63,712 nt of DNA, filler included, from Octopus bimaculoides (GCF_001194135.2; 6 parts of 6 records of this genome joined end to end with filler, not necessarily neighbours in it); one strand, 5' to 3'. Positions 1-14,173 are shown, numbered from the whole stretch's first letter. Program-made: numbers and translations. Notes: generated from the letters alone by a model not told the origin.

Positions 1-1476
1 TATATATATATATATATTATACACACACACACAGACACACACACGCACATATATATATACATGCATACCGACTTACATACCTGCATATATACACTATGCG
101 CACACACTCACACACACACACGCACCCGCACATAAACACAAACACACAAACACATATAATTTTTAATTCATTGAAGTTACATAAAAATACCCTAAGCGGA
201 TTACGAGAAACGCTACGAGAAAATTGAGTGACATTAAAAGTAATAAAAGATAGAGCGAATTTCTGTTAATTGCTTCAGAGCAGAATTTAGAATATTCAAG
301 TCAAGGCGAAATATGTTATTGAAAAGTAGGGATGTCGGATATAAGAACGAATAGAAAAATTAAAACAGCTAAACTTGTGCTTAACATTGAATTACTGGAA
401 GGGGAAAAGTTCTGTAATTTTGTTTTTATATTTTAAGGTGGGGACGGTTTACTAAGTTGTTTTGGAAAAACGTATTACAATAACAATCTAAACTTAGGAT
501 TAAAATACAGAAGTAGGATAAAGTAAATACTACACTCCATTGGTGGGGACGCCTCGTAATTTTGGAAACGTAAAAATTATAGAAACTGCCTGAGGTTGTG
601 CCTTCGGATGGAGAGGTTTGCTATTATTTTCTCAACTGCTAAACCTCTACAAGCAAACGTACTCTACTTCATTACTTCATTCCTTGACTCTTATATATAC
701 ATATATNNNNNNNNNNNNNNNNNNNNNNNNNNNNNNNNNNNNNNNNNNNNNNNNNNNNNNNNNNNNNNNNNNNNNNNNNNNNNNNNNNNNNNNNNNNNNN
801 NNNNNNNNNNNNNNNNNNNNNNNNNNNNNNNNNNNNNNNNNNNNNNNNNNNNNNNNNNNNNNNNNNNNNNNNNNNNNNNNNNNNNNNNNNNNNNNNNNNN
901 NNNNNNNNNNNNNNNNNNNNNNNNNNNNNNNNNNNNNNNNNNNNNNNNNNNNNNNNNNNNNNNNNNNNNNNNNNNNNNNNNNNNNNNNNNNNNNNNNNNN
1001 NNNNNNNNNNNNNNNNNNNNNNNNNNNNNNNNNNNNNNNNNNNNNNNNNNNNNNNNNNNNNNNNNNNNNNNNNNNNNNNNNNNNNNNNNNNNNNNNNNNN
1101 NNNNNNNNNNNNNNNNNNNNNNNNNNNNNNNNNNNNNNNNNNNNNNNNNNNNNNNNNNNNNNNNNNNNNNNNNNNNNNNNNNNNNNNNNNNNNNNNNNNN
1201 NNNNNNNNNNNNNNNNNNNNNNNNNNNNNNNNNNNNNNNNNNNNNNNNNNNNNNNNNNNNNNNNNNNNNNNNNNNNNNNNNNNNNNNNNNNNNNNNNNNN
1301 NNNNNNNNNNNNNNNNNNNNNNNNNNNNNNNNNNNNNNNNNNNNNNNNNNNNNNNNNNNNNNNNNNNNNNNNNNNNNNNNNNNNNNNNNNNNNNNNNNNN
1401 NNNNNNNNNNNNNNNNNNNNNNNNTATATATATATATATATATATGGGAGAATTTACGATATATAAATATACAGAG

Positions 1477-1525
<49 letters not shown>

Positions 1526-2496
1526 AACAAAGAGAGAGATGTATGTGCGCGTGTGGTTTGTGTGACTGTGTGTGTATCTGTGTTTGTGTGTGCCCGCGTA
1601 CCACGTGAGAACTGAGGCCGGTCTATTTACGGACACGTAAACAAAGCTAACACTGGATTTTACGTGGTACGCAACAATCTCAGAGACACGTACACTTACA
1701 CTCACATACAATCACACTCACCATTCAATGTCAAGTGCACTCATACATACTTTAAAATTTCATAGTATCCAATTATCCGCAAATGAGTAATTCACTTCTC
1801 TTTTACCTACAAGAAAAATAACAAAATAAAAAGCAACAACTAAATATGTTGCTCCCTCTTTTCTAAGTCAATTAGTGTTTAATTTTAAAGAATACAATGC
1901 CAGTCTTGATCTGACCACACCGTTTTTGTATATATAACGCTATATGGGTAATCTGTCCTCGTTTTTGTATTTGGTTTGCAGACTTCATTATATGAAATTT
2001 TTGTGTTCAAACAAAATGTGTCGTGCCTTGGGAGAGACATTACGCCACATGAAAAGATATATAAAACTACGCGTGTGTGTATATTTGTGTCCGTGCGTGC
2101 GTGTGTGTACGTGTGTGTGTGTATGTTTGTGTGTGTGTGGGGGTGATGTATATGAATATCGTGTTTTATGATAAAGTGATATATACATAGGTAGTCTTTG
2201 GGAAATGTATGAACGATACGCCATTTTTCAAGTATGAACATTATCAGTTCTGCAGTGTTCAGTATACTTTAATTAAAAGTTTTGTTTACATTAATAATTA
2301 ATTAACCCATTAGCAATACTAAAATGCGCACTATGAGACCTGATAATAACTTGTAACGCCATAGCAACGTCAATGAAGGGAAAATATATTGAAACGGAAA
2401 TTAAATTTGACTCGCCAGAAGATTTAGTGCTGAACAATGATCGTCTCTATAGAAACGAACGTAGCAGAGACATCATATATTTATATACGCGTCGTT

Positions 2497-2554
<58 letters not shown>

Positions 2555-2699
2555 GCACGTGCACGTATACACAATCACACACACACACATGCAGACACGT
2601 ACGCACATATATACTTCCAGGGTGTTCGGGCTGAATTTGACAGTTTGTAGAAAAGGGAAATAAAATTCTACATCCTATCCGAAAACAAAGGTATTTCGA

Positions 2700-3200
2700 A
2701 AACTCTAATATTTCAAACCAGGCTATGGTTGGGAGATAACAGCTTATTCAAAGTAGCAGCCCTCATCACTCCCCGGGGCCCAAAGACGCATCTGGAACCT
2801 TGCGCTTGAGCTTATCACTTTGGGCTTGACTTTGACCACCAGCTCGATCTTGGTGTTACAGGCAGAGCAGTTTGTTTCATTCACAGCCATGTCCCGCACA
2901 TGGAGATCCACAAGATTACATACAGGTGCAGCAATCAAGATAACAGAAATTGGGGCTCGTGAAGTCTTAGAGACAATTTCCGACTGCCATATCTGACTCT
3001 TTTCGGACGTATGGCAGAGACTTGAATCCCGTCGACACACATCTGGCCTCCCGGTAGCAATTCTCTCCAGCGAGGATTGACCAGTTTCCAACACCTTCAC
3101 ATAGCTCTCTGAACTGAACCTAAAGCCCTTTTAAATATGCGGTGTTGAATTCTGTTGGGCAGACGCAGTCAGAATACTTTCTGTCTATGGCATCGTAGTC
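2700..3200 (-). mobile_element. Heavily decayed Tc1/mariner-superfamily transposase fragment
   Basis: ORF 2744-3100 (YVKVLE..LERIATGRPDVCRRDSSLCHTSEKSQ..CNLVD.HVRD..VNETNCSACNTKIEL) aligns by eye with the better copy at 48244-48636 (YIKCLEE..VKRVVAGRPYVWQQD.APC..SKRTQ..CNPLDYYVW..QETNRTSCNTKNEL). Confidence 0.75.
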
Positions 3201-4321
3201 TCCGTTAACGCTGTCATGTCGTTATCCATGTCACGTCTTACAGAATCACAACGTTTACCGATCATTGAGCAGTAGTCATGATTGCGGCATTTTGTCACCT
3301 GGCTGGAATCGTCGCAGGTAAATCTTTCCCAATATTCAGATTTCTTCCAAGCCTCCATATCAACTAATTTTCCCCCAGCTAAATCTTTAAGCTTTGTATT
3401 CTCCTATACATTCTCAACAATACATCGAATATTCCAGAAGAAAAGGAGACATGAAAAAACCCCACAAGATTTAGCCCGCACACACTCTGTGCATATATGT
3501 ATGTGTGAGTATGTGCGTGTGTGTATATATGTACGTTAGTATAGTCGTATTAAATATTTTTTTAACGTTGCTTTGTACGCCTTCAATATATATATATATA
3601 TATATATATAATTATGGTTAGCTGTGTGTTTGTATCTTTGTATCACAAGCGACAGACTATGTAGATACGTTTGATTTGTCGCTTGAGAATCAAAGCAAAC
3701 CAAAGATTATAATTTTCAAACAACTTTCCGTTATGAAGTTCTATTATTAATCGATAATTTCTGAAGTATTATTAATTATTTAAAGGGATACTCGAAACGT
3801 GTAACGTAAACTGTGGCTGAAGATGAATATCATATTTACGATCGAATGTTATTAAATTAACAATAAAGTAACTGGAATGAAAAACTGAAGCGAACATTGT
3901 GTATATATTCACAGAGATACACACACACATACACATACAAACACACACAGAGACAAACATGCATACACACATGCACACACAGACACACGCATACACACAT
4001 ATGTATGTATTTATATATATATAGAAACACTTGCTTCGGATTGAGTTGCATTGCGAGCAAAATTGTGGAAGAGGCTAGGATAACGCATGTAAGACTCACA
4101 AGAGGTCTAAGGAAAAATGTAACGATCGAGAAGATGAATGACAATGACCCTTTTGTGTGCATAGTCTGTGACAGATTATGCCTGTCTTTTGCTGGTGAAC
4201 TGTTGTGTGTGCATCTTACTCCCTTCGATAATTATTATTAGCAGCAGAATAATCGTTAGAATTAAGGTAAAATACATTACGTCATATCAAAACCTCCCAG
4301 GTCACTTTTGCTCTTCATCAT

Positions 4322-4403
<82 letters not shown>

Positions 4404-4828
4404 CACTTCTGTCTGTCGGTCTGTCTGTCTCTCTTTTTCTATCTCTATGTATATATACACGCATACATACACATACCGTATTAATTATTCAATGTAGTAC
4501 GAAAATAAAGACAAAAGACAACACTAATACCAGTTACATCAGATGTCCGCCATAGTTTGATGGATTGTAAACAAATAATGTTTATGTATTATTCAACAAT
4601 AAGAAACAACTTATCTTATGAAACAAACGACCATAAATCATCGGCGAGTATTACTTTTGATAATGGTTGTATCTTTTTATCTGTTTGTCTTTCTGCCAGA
4701 GTAAGATGTTATTTACGAAACATTTCAAAATGGTTATTTAGAAACTGTGTATTGACGCATGTAACTCTGTATGTATTTTCGCACTATGTTCGTATGTATG
4801 TATATACTTTTGATTTACATATATGTGC

Positions 4829-5005
4829 ATGTGTGGTGAGTAGCTTTCTTACCAAACACATGGTTCTGGGTTCAGTCCCACTGCGTGGCACATTGGGCAA
4901 GTGCCTTCTACTATAGCCTCGGGCCGACCAGAGCCTTGTGAATGGATTTGGTAGACTGAAAATGAAAGAAGCTTGGCGTATATGTATATATATATATATA
5001 CATAT
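4829..5005 (+). mobile_element. SINE family A, 5' part running into a (TA)n gap
   Basis: gtgtggtgagtagctttcttaccaaacacatggttctgggttcagtcccactgcgtggc... is near-identical to the head of the copy at 32485. Confidence 0.85.
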
Positions 5006-6792
5006 NNNNNNNNNNNNNNNNNNNNNNNNNNNNNNNNNNNNNNNNNNNNNNNNNNNNNNNNNNNNNNNNNNNNNNNNNNNNNNNNNNNNNNNNNNNNNNN
5101 NNNNNNNNNNNNNNNNNNNNNNNNNNNNNNNNNNNNNNNNNNNNNNNNNNNNNNNNNNNNNNNNNNNNNNNNNNNNNNNNNNNNNNNNNNNNNNNNNNNN
5201 NNNNNNNNNNNNNNNNNNNNNNNNNNNNNNNNNNNNNNNNNNNNNNNNNNNNNNNNNNNNNNNNNNNNNNNNNNNNNNNNNNNNNNNNNNNNNNNNNNNN
5301 NNNNNNNNNNNNNNNNNNNNNNNNNNNNNNNNNNNNNNNNNNNNNNNNNNNNNNNNNNNNNNNNNNNNNNNNNNNNNNNNNNNNNNNNNNNNNNNNNNNN
5401 NNNNNNNNNNNNNNNNNNNNNNNNNNNNNNNNNNNNNNNNNNNNNNNNNNNNNNNNNNNNNNNNNNNNNNNNNNNNNNNNNNNNNNNNNNNNNNNNNNNN
5501 NNNNNNNNNNNNNNNNNNNNNNNNNNNNNNNNNNNNNNNNNNNNNNNNNNNNNNNNNNNNNNNNNNNNNNNNNNNNNNNNNNNNNNNNNNNNNNNNNNNN
5601 NNNNNNNNNNNNNNNNNNNNNNNNNNNNNNNNNNNNNNNNNNNNNNNNNNNNNNNNNNNNNNNNNNNNNNNNNTTAACTACCATTTCTTCTGTTTAAAAG
5701 ATCGCCAATCATGGTAGGAAAATGTTCTTTTATTCTCAATAAATACTTTTTCAAATCTGTTACATACAGGCTACCCAGTGCTAATCGAATAAAGATGAGA
5801 GATTAGACCGACGTAAATTTAAGACACTAAAACATTATATTCTCTATGAGATAAAAATAAAATAACTTTGTGTAAGAAATATTTGAATATGATTAGACGT
5901 ACTTTTAATTATTTTGTGAAATGTAGCTTCAGGTGAATAGATTAATAGATAAATAATTTCGGTTCAACATAGCGACTGTATAATGATTGCTCATCAGGTG
6001 TAATGATCTTAACAATTTGAAGATAAGTTCACGCCAAATTTCAGAACAAAAGCGAAAACAATGTGTTTTCTCATTTCACAATGTTTTATATGAGAATAAT
6101 TTAATAGAACACATACACACATATGCATACACACGCATACGAAAATAGGCTGGCAAACACACACAGAGACACACGCACATACAAACACAAACACACACGT
6201 ACACACAATTGTACGCTCATGTATACCGTGATATATATATATATATATATANNNNNNNNNNNNNNNNNNNNNNNNNNNNNNNNNNNNNNNNNNNNNNNNN
6301 NNNNNNNNNNNNNNNNNNNNNNNNNNNNNNNNNNNNNNNNNNNNNNNNNNNNNNNNNNNNNNNNNNNNNNNNNNNNNNNNNNNNNNNNNNNNNNNNNNNN
6401 NNNNNNNNNNNNNNNNNNNNNNNNNNNNNNNNNNNNNNNNNNNNNNNNNNNNNNNNNNNNNNNNNNNNNNNNNNNNNNNNNNNNNNNNNNNNNNNNNNNN
6501 NNNNNNNNNNNNNNNNNNNNNNNNNNNNNNNNNNNNNNNNNNNNNNNNNNNNNNNNNNNNNNNNNNNNNNNNNNNNNNNNNNNNNNNNNNNNNNNNNNNN
6601 NNNNNNNNNNNNNNNNNNNNNNNNNNNNNNNNNNNNNNNNNNNNNNNNNNNNNNNNNNNNNNNNNNNNNNNNNNNNNNNNNNNNNNNNNNNNNNNNNNNN
6701 NNNNNNNNNNNNNNNNNNNNNNNNNNNNNNNNNNNNNNNNNNNNNNNNNNNNNNNNNNNNNNNNNNNNNNNNNNNNNNNNNNNNNNNNNNNN

Positions 6793-6827
<35 letters not shown>

Positions 6828-7109
6828 CTATATATATGTTTATATAGATGTGTGTGTGTGTGTACGTGCGTGGAGTCACGTGGCTTTCTGGTCGGGGTTT
6901 TGGGCTCATTGTGGTAAGATTGTGATTTCGGTTTTGCAGACAAGGAAGTAAACATTTTCCGTCTTATAACGGTAAAACACCCGATCTCTCTGCGTTCGAG
7001 ATCTACATTCTTGTCTCTAAAATACCAAACGCATTCGACGCTTTACAAAATGTTGTTGCATATATGTATGTATGTATGTATGTATGTTTTTTCTCCTTTT
7101 TTCTTTTTT

Positions 7110-7362
7110 TTTTGTCTGTCGGGCATGTGGAAGGGAGTGTGATTCAGCAGTGGGACGTAAACGACACGTAAACGTACATGGAGCCCAATTACAACAACAG
7201 CCAGCTATTGCCAGTAAATGTTTTGGATGCCAACTCCGTGCAAGACATTGTAGATCTTTGGCTGGGCTAAAACGTCACTTTCGATCACAGCACCGTTAAG
7301 TTAAGCTTCGTCCAATGGCCATACTCGATAACGAGGGGGCAGCCATCATGTATGTATGTATG
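7110..7362 (+). mobile_element. 3' end of a LINE (RTE-like) with two C2H2-type fingers and an (ATGT)n tail
   Basis: VCRACGRECDSAVGRKRHVNVH...CQLRARHCRSLAGLKRHFRSQHR*, then a ~50-nt 3' UTR ending ggcagccatc(atgt)n. The clade assignment is from memory of RTE C-termini. Confidence 0.65.
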
Positions 7363-8649
7363 CATCTTTCTTGCGTTAGTATACTTTGATGCTCGCTTTT
7401 CTTGTTTTCAAAGTCAACCTCTCTGAAAGCATTATGTCTGAAAGCGAGTGTGGTGTTGCTTGAATAAACCGAAAATATGAAGCAAACGCTTATTCTACTG
7501 TAACAAGTTAGTTACGAAACACCAGGACATCAGATCGTTAGCTGATTACAAGTCAAGAACTCGTAATCAACTAATGACCTGTCTTTAAGTTGAANNNNNN
7601 NNNNNNNNNNNNNNNNNNNNNNNNNNNNNNNNNNNNNNNNNNNNNNNNNNNNNNNNNNNNNNNNNNNNNNNNNNNNNNNNNNNNNNNNNNNNNNNNNNNN
7701 NNNNNNNNNNNNNNNNNNNNNNNNNNNNNNNNNNNNNNNNNNNNNNNNNNNNNNNNNNNNNNNNNNNNNNNNNNNNNNNNNNNNNNNNNNNNNNNNNNNN
7801 NNNNNNNNNNNNNNNNNNNNNNNNNNNNNNNNNNNNNNNNNNNNNNNNNNNNNNNNNNNNNNNNNNNNNNNNNNNNNNNNNNNNNNNNNNNNNNNNNNNN
7901 NNNNNNNNNNNNNNNNNNNNNNNNNNNNNNNNNNNNNNNNNNNNNNNNNNNNNNNNNNNNNNNNNNNNNNNNNNNNNNNNNNNNNNNNNNNNNNNNNNNN
8001 NNNNNNNNNNNNNNNNNNNNNNNNNNNNNNNNNNNNNNNNNNNNNNNNNNNNNNNNNNNNNNNNNNNNNNNNNNNNNNNNNNNNNNNNNNNNNNNNNNNN
8101 NNNNNNNNNNNNNNNNNNNNNNNNNNNNNNNNNNNNNNNNNNNNNNNNNNNNNNNNNNNNNNNNNNNNNNNNNNNNNNNNNNNNNNNNNNNNNNNNNNNN
8201 NNNNNNNNNNNNNNNNNNNNNNNNNNNNNNNNNNNNNNNNNNNNNNNNNNNNNNNNNNNNNNNNNNNNNNNNNNNNNNNNNNNNNNNNNNNNNNNNNNNN
8301 NNNNNNNNNNNNNNNNNNNNNNNNNNNNNNNNNNNNNNNNNNNNNNNNNNNNNNNNNNNNNNNNNNNNNNNNNNNNNNNNNNNNNNNNNNNNNNNNNNNN
8401 NNNNNNNNNNNNNNNNNNNNNNNNNNNNNNNNNNNNNNNNNNNNNNNNNNNNNNNNNNNNNNNNNNNNNNNNNNNNNNATAAGGTGTAATCTTTTAGGAA
8501 CGATTTGAGTACAAGACAGAGCGGAGTGGAACTGGCAGCGTCTACTAGATTCAACAAAACCAGTTAGATATGACAGTGTCAAAGTCAACGATTTACTTAC
8601 GGAGACAGCGACTATATATCACCTCAGGAGATGCAACTATATATATATA

Positions 8650-8820
8650 TAATTGGAATTTACAGAAAAACAAGAGACGAAGACAGGTTATAAATAACAA
8701 ACAGGTGTATTAGTTTAACGCTCGGGAAGGTGAGGAAGTTTTTTACGTTTCGAGCCTACGCTCTTCAACAGAAAGGAAAACGAGGGAATAAACGAAGAGA
8801 GAATAAAACAAAAAAGCTTT
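8650..8820 (-). mobile_element. Penelope-like terminal-repeat fragment with a minimal hammerhead-like motif
   Basis: The minus strand reads ccttt-CTGTTGA-A-gagc-gtag-gctc-GAAA-CG-TA-aaa, the layout of the minimal type I hammerheads of PLE pseudo-LTRs. No ORF is attached. Confidence 0.5.
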
Positions 8821-10089
8821 TGCAGCTAGCGGTCAATCATGGCGTCTCTCTCTCTCTCTCTGCATATACATATGTGGGATGGGGGTGAAATAGATTGGAA
8901 GAGAGATGGATATATAGATAGATAAATGTTGACTATTGGAAGCAGAGAAAAATAGAAGAGAAAAATGATATATTTTGATTGAGTCATTCATTGCTACTCT
9001 CAGTTTGGAAACAAAATCCTTCCGTCTTACAAAAAAAAAAAAAAAAAAAAAAAAGAAAAACATAGCCATGTTGAACAAGATTATATCCATATTTACAACA
9101 TGATGAGATGGTCATATATGGAACAAGCAGTTTGATGATAATGTTCTTCATCATATTTGACCTGATGTTCAATAGCTTCAATAACAGCAATAACACTAAT
9201 AACAAAAATCTAATTTACTTTGAAGAAAAAATTACTGCAAATATTTCGGAATATGAAATAACATGAAGCGGTGAATATTTTCTTTAAATTTTATTTTATA
9301 TTGAATATCTTGGAGAGCTAATTAAAAGTAAAATGGTTGCCAAATTGAGAGTAGTTTAAATTAAGGTCAGCGTAAGATGTGAAAAACAATTATATAACTA
9401 ATTTAGAAGATCAAAAACATTTATTATCTCTCGGCATTCAACCGGAAACAATTGTCAGTGTCTTTGTTTCAATTTCATCTCATCTTTCTCGTCTACATAA
9501 TAACCTTTTCATCATTAGCCGCAGCTGAAACAGCAACAACAGCAGCATAGCCAACAGCAGCAGCACCAGCAGCAGAAACAGCAGCAACTACCCTTCGTTA
9601 GCTACTCATTAATCGATATTAACCTAATCCTTGGCATTATTAGAACAACACTAATAATAATTATGATTTCTTTATTCACCACTAAGAGATCAAATAAAAA
9701 TATTGGAGACGGTACAAGACAATAATTTACGAATAAAATGGAATTGAAATGTGTAAACAAAAGACTAACAGTAAATAAAATTCTAACAATTAAAATGCCC
9801 AAATCAGGGAGAATTACAAGGGCTGCTCGTGGAAACCCAACAAAAACAAACAAAAACAAGATCACCCCGATATCTAAAACAAGTGCAATCTCCTCTACAT
9901 TTACACTCAATCTAGAGGCGCATGTTTAGAATAGACTCGTTCACTCTGATCCTTCGTACAATATTCACCCGCCTATTAACAAAATTACTGCGTGGTAGTA
10001 CTTCCCTTTCAACCCTCATTTACCTTCGCTGCAAGTGAAACTTGGAAACGTCGATAAGGATTTGATCAAACAAAAATAGTGTTAATCTT

Positions 10090-11020
10090 CAGCCCTTTCA
10101 ATCTGGCCTACCACACAATCTCTTTGGTTCAGGCAGGCCACTAGACAAAGAAACACTGCCCTGTACTCGACTGGTATTTAATTTTTTCAAACCCCGGAAT
10201 CAAGTGAAGCACAGACAACCCTGATCAAATTTGAACTCAGAATGTAAGGTATTATTTAAAACAAGAAAGTGATATCTCCAGCCCTCAATGCATTCCGGTA
10301 ATCCACCATTTTTAATAATTATAATCGTTATTCCAAATTTAGACATGCCACCAACAGTTGGGTGGAGGCTGTTTATTCAATGCGATCGACCCCAGTATTT
10401 GGCTCGTATCTAAGGCCATCAACAATCAAACACGGAGATGAATATTAAAGGTGACACTGACGTGATTTGAACGCAGGATGAGATGAAGCACAACAATTAT
10501 TTCAAGACATTTTATCCGATGCTCTATTGCTTCTGCCTATTCATGGCTCTTCATTATTGCTTTTAACATTGGTACAAGTCCTGGAATTTGATAGGAGCGA
10601 TCTAGTCTATACAGTTATCTCTTTGACTTGAAAAATACTAATAATTGTAATACGAATAAAACCTTAAAATTTTGGGGAGGGGAACTGTCAATTGTATTGC
10701 CTTTAGAGGGATAAAAAGCAGTGTTGATCTCAGCGTGATTCGAACTCAGAACTTAAATAGCCGCTAGAAACACGGATAGAGTTTTTCCCGATGCTCTACC
10801 GGCTCTGCCAATTCGCTTTCGATAGCACTGGTTTCGTACATAAGCTCAATACACTAAAATTTATGGAGCGGTGTGTAGTTGATAAATCGAATGCAGCACT
10901 TGAATGGAGTTTTATTTTATCGACCTTGGAAGGTGACCTCGGCGGGATATCAAATCTGCAAACTTAAAGCGGCGTAACTAAATATTACCGAAAGCTATTT
11001 AATCTGTCGTCCTACTCGTT
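10090..11020 (-). mobile_element. Cluster of about four decayed family C SINE fragments
   Basis: Recurrent reverse complement of 'ttctgagttcaaat...gtcgac' (tttgaactcagaa 10220s, tttgaacgcagga 10460s, ttcgaactcagaa 10740s) and 'tactcgactggtattt'. Confidence 0.55.
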
Positions 11021-11858
11021 TCGTCGTCCATGATCCAACGAATTTACGTTTCATATCACATTTAGTTAATATGCACATTTTAGTAATGTGCCATCGATCG
11101 TTATGAGTTAATTCACATTTGTTCTATTTCCAACATTCATATGAACAGTAATATTACTTCTGAGTGGTAGCAAATTAACTGGAATGTTTCATTTGCGGTG
11201 GTCTACTACCCTTGAGGTCTGCGTTGGAGCAGAAAAGATAGACTGTCTGACTAAATGCTACTTAAAATTAAATTACGTCCCATTACACTCCTTAACGTTA
11301 TAGGATCAAATTCTGCCGAGGTTGATTGAAATATTCCCCACTTCATGGTCCATAAATTGCATTTATACATGGATTGGCTTAATGAAAAATTCCTTTTTCC
11401 CTATAAATTTATGGCATTTCAAGAAAACTGAGAAAACATTATTGAATATTATAGCTGCCACAGCGGAATGATCCTATTATTTCACCTGAACTAACCAACA
11501 CTGTTTTAGCAATGGATATATGGATAATAAGCGACTATGTATAATGTTGTATAAAAGCATTGTGATATAACAATAATTTATGCGTTAATTACTGGATTGA
11601 AATTGTCGGAGAATCGTGTCTAATGAAAATTAGAACATGATCATACCAAAATGATGAAATATATGTCAGAGATGCTTCGCTCCACTCACAAAATACAGGA
11701 GCTAACTGAAAATATTACAAGTCTAAGGTTATTGCAATGCTGGAAACGCTTCCGTATCACCAGCAGGTGCACGTAGTCAGAAGCGTTCTGCCCCTTGTGT
11801 GCACTTCACTTAAGTGGAACAGAGAGAACTGAATTTGTGTTCGCCTATAGAAGTACTG

Positions 11859-12185
11859 AAGTGGAGGCGCAATGGCCCAGTGGTTAGGGCAGCGGACTCG
11901 CGGTCGGAGGATCGCGGTTTCGATTCCCAGACCGGGTGTTGTGTGTGTTTATTGAGCGAAAGCACCTAAAGCTCCAAGACACTCTGGCAGGGGGTGGTGG
12001 CGACCACTGTTGTACTCTTTCGCCCCAACTTTTTCTCACTCTTTCTTCCTGTTTCTTGAGTAAAGCTGCGACGGACTGGCGTCCTGTCCAGCTGATGGCG
12101 GGGGGAGAGGCACATACGCCATAGAAACCGGGAAACTGGGTCCATAAGCCTAGCTAGGCTTTAAAAGGGCGCATAAAAAAAATAA
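11859..12185 (+). mobile_element. Full-length tRNA-derived SINE family B with A-rich tail
   Basis: A box TGGCCCAGTGG and B box GGTTTCGATTCCC; A-rich tail; 12-bp TSD atagaagtactg at 11847-11858 and 12186-12197. Confidence 0.9.
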
Positions 12186-12459
12186 ATAGAAGTACTGTGT
12201 CGTCAACCATATCCTACTTCAACAATTCTAAGATGGTATGGCTATCTCTTTGATGTCTTTCTCCAGTTGTTTAGTTCCAAAATAATCAATTTTATATTGG
12301 AAACAGTGCACCGATGCTTAGAGATTCTTCTGTAAATTTGCTATTGACAATATTTAGAATGTTGAAGAATTTCGTCTGTCGTTCGGTCAGTTCAGAAAAT
12401 CCTCAATAACTTGGTTATCAGCAAGGATTCTACGGAAAGAGAAAACTCTACATTTCTAT

Positions 12460-12840
12460 TCTTTTACTTGTTTCAGTCATTGGATTGCTGCCATGCTGGA
12501 GCTCTGCCTTGTAGCGTTAGTCGAGCCAGCAGTACTCACTTTAAGTTCGGTACTCATACTATCAGTCTCATTTCTCAAACTGCTAAGTTAAGGGGACGTA
12601 GAGCAAAGAAACCAACACCAATTTGCGAACGATGGAAGTACAAGTTGGAAACCACACATGCACACACATAACACATTTGTATAACGACGGGTTTCAAACA
12701 ATTTCCTTGCATCACATTCGCTCACAAGTCACTGATCGTCCTGAGACTGTAGTTGAAGACAATATTCTAAAATGCTTCGTGGCGAAATTGAAATCCAAAC
12801 TATGGTTACGAAGCGAGATTCTTAACCAAAGAACTACGCC
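12460..12840 (-). mobile_element. Decayed full-length SINE family A
   Basis: cttttacttgtttcagtcattggattgctgccatgctggagc is the reverse complement of the family A 3' end; head remnants run to gaactacgcc. Confidence 0.75.
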
Positions 12841-13185
12841 TAATTCACGAGTTCGTGATTAACGAATTTCTGTGAATATCATATTCTTTGGATTTCATCA
12901 CGTTGACAAAACTGGAAGCAAAGAACTTAAATCCTATCAAGTTTGAGGTGTCTTGTAAAGACTGATGCACAGCCATAAATTTCTCTTGACAGTTTGTTGG
13001 TAATTTTGTAAGTCGTGTCTTTAAGAAGTAACGTAGCTAATTTGTCCTATAAATTGTTTCATTGTGCAGATTGTCTTGAATAATGATTAATGTGTAGCAT
13101 GTGATGATACGATTTACCAAACTTCATTATCTTCCTTGTGCATTTATCGCTTAAGATGCAACGTAAGTGTCGTTGCTAGATGTCT

Positions 13186-13498
13186 AGGCGCAGGGATAGG
13201 CTTTGCAACCACGTGGTTTCAGTCTCAATATGCGGCACATTGTGTAAGGGTCTTTTGCTGCTGCCCCGGCCGACTAATACCTTGTGGGTGAATTTTGTTG
13301 ACAGAAACTGTCGTATATGTAGATAAATGTGTGTGTGTATGTGTGCGTTGGGCAAAAGCGGCCGATAGAATAAATACCAGAATTCAGAAAAATCTTAAGT
13401 AGATTTTCGACTAAGCCCCTTCAAGGTGATGCCCCAGCATGGCCGCAGTCTGGTGACTAAGACATTTAAAAGATTAAACATAAAAAGTAATAAAAGAT
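13186..13498 (+). mobile_element. Decayed SINE family A
   Basis: aggcgcagg...gcaaccacgtggtttcag...gcaaaagcggccgatagaataaatacc...ccccagcatggccgcagtc...taaaagat. Confidence 0.7.
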
Positions 13499-14173
13499 AT
13501 CTGTCTGATTACGTTAGTAACACCTGAGACGGTTTTAACAGCTGCTTCCTGAACAGTTTAATTATTTTTATTTCGGTTACATTCCAGTTGAAAACAACGA
13601 AAGTTCATGTTTTTGAAGTATGACATATGTTTGAATAAAACTAATTAGATTTTCGTTTTCAAACTAAATATTTTGGCGTGCTTTTCTTTGCAGCAACTCA
13701 TTAATTATGATGCACTAATATCTTACATGTACATATAAGCAAAGGTACACACGCAACCACCCACACTTACACGATAGGTTTTTATATAGAATTCATGTAT
13801 TTATCATTCCTAATGATTTATCACGTTATTTATTTAACCAATGTGACATTAAGAATCGTCATTCCATATGATGCTGAGAACATCAACTAAGATGAATGGT
13901 TCTTATATCGAGGCCAGAACGTGAAGTAGTCTAATCTCCTGACTCGCTTTACGCATAGAAGCGGAGATAAAATATTCAGGCCTTCAATAGCATCACAGTT
14001 AATCATCTATTTTGGCCTTAGTTTGACTCATTGACTATTCAAATTTTTACATCTGTTCAGTCTCCAAAATGATTTAAACGCTGTCTTCAAGAATTTTGTG
14101 TGTGTGTTTAACGAGGTAGTAACGCTGTGATCTTTCCCTCAGCAAATATTAGCAGGCAAGTATCCTTCACATC

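Noticed and set aside
596-8588. Long ORFs of 200-350 aa in the ORF track (and similar ones elsewhere)
   Set aside because: They consist of N-derived X residues and microsatellite translations (YIYI, THTH, ERER, LSLS).
9060-9140. EQDYIHIYN resembling the CUB DYLEIY motif
   Set aside because: Preceded by poly-A rather than an acceptor, lacks the Cys residues, and stops after about 25 codons.
11861-11940. tRNA-like sequence with A and B boxes
   Set aside because: No proper acceptor stem or cloverleaf. It continues into a SINE body with tail and TSD, so it is a SINE head.
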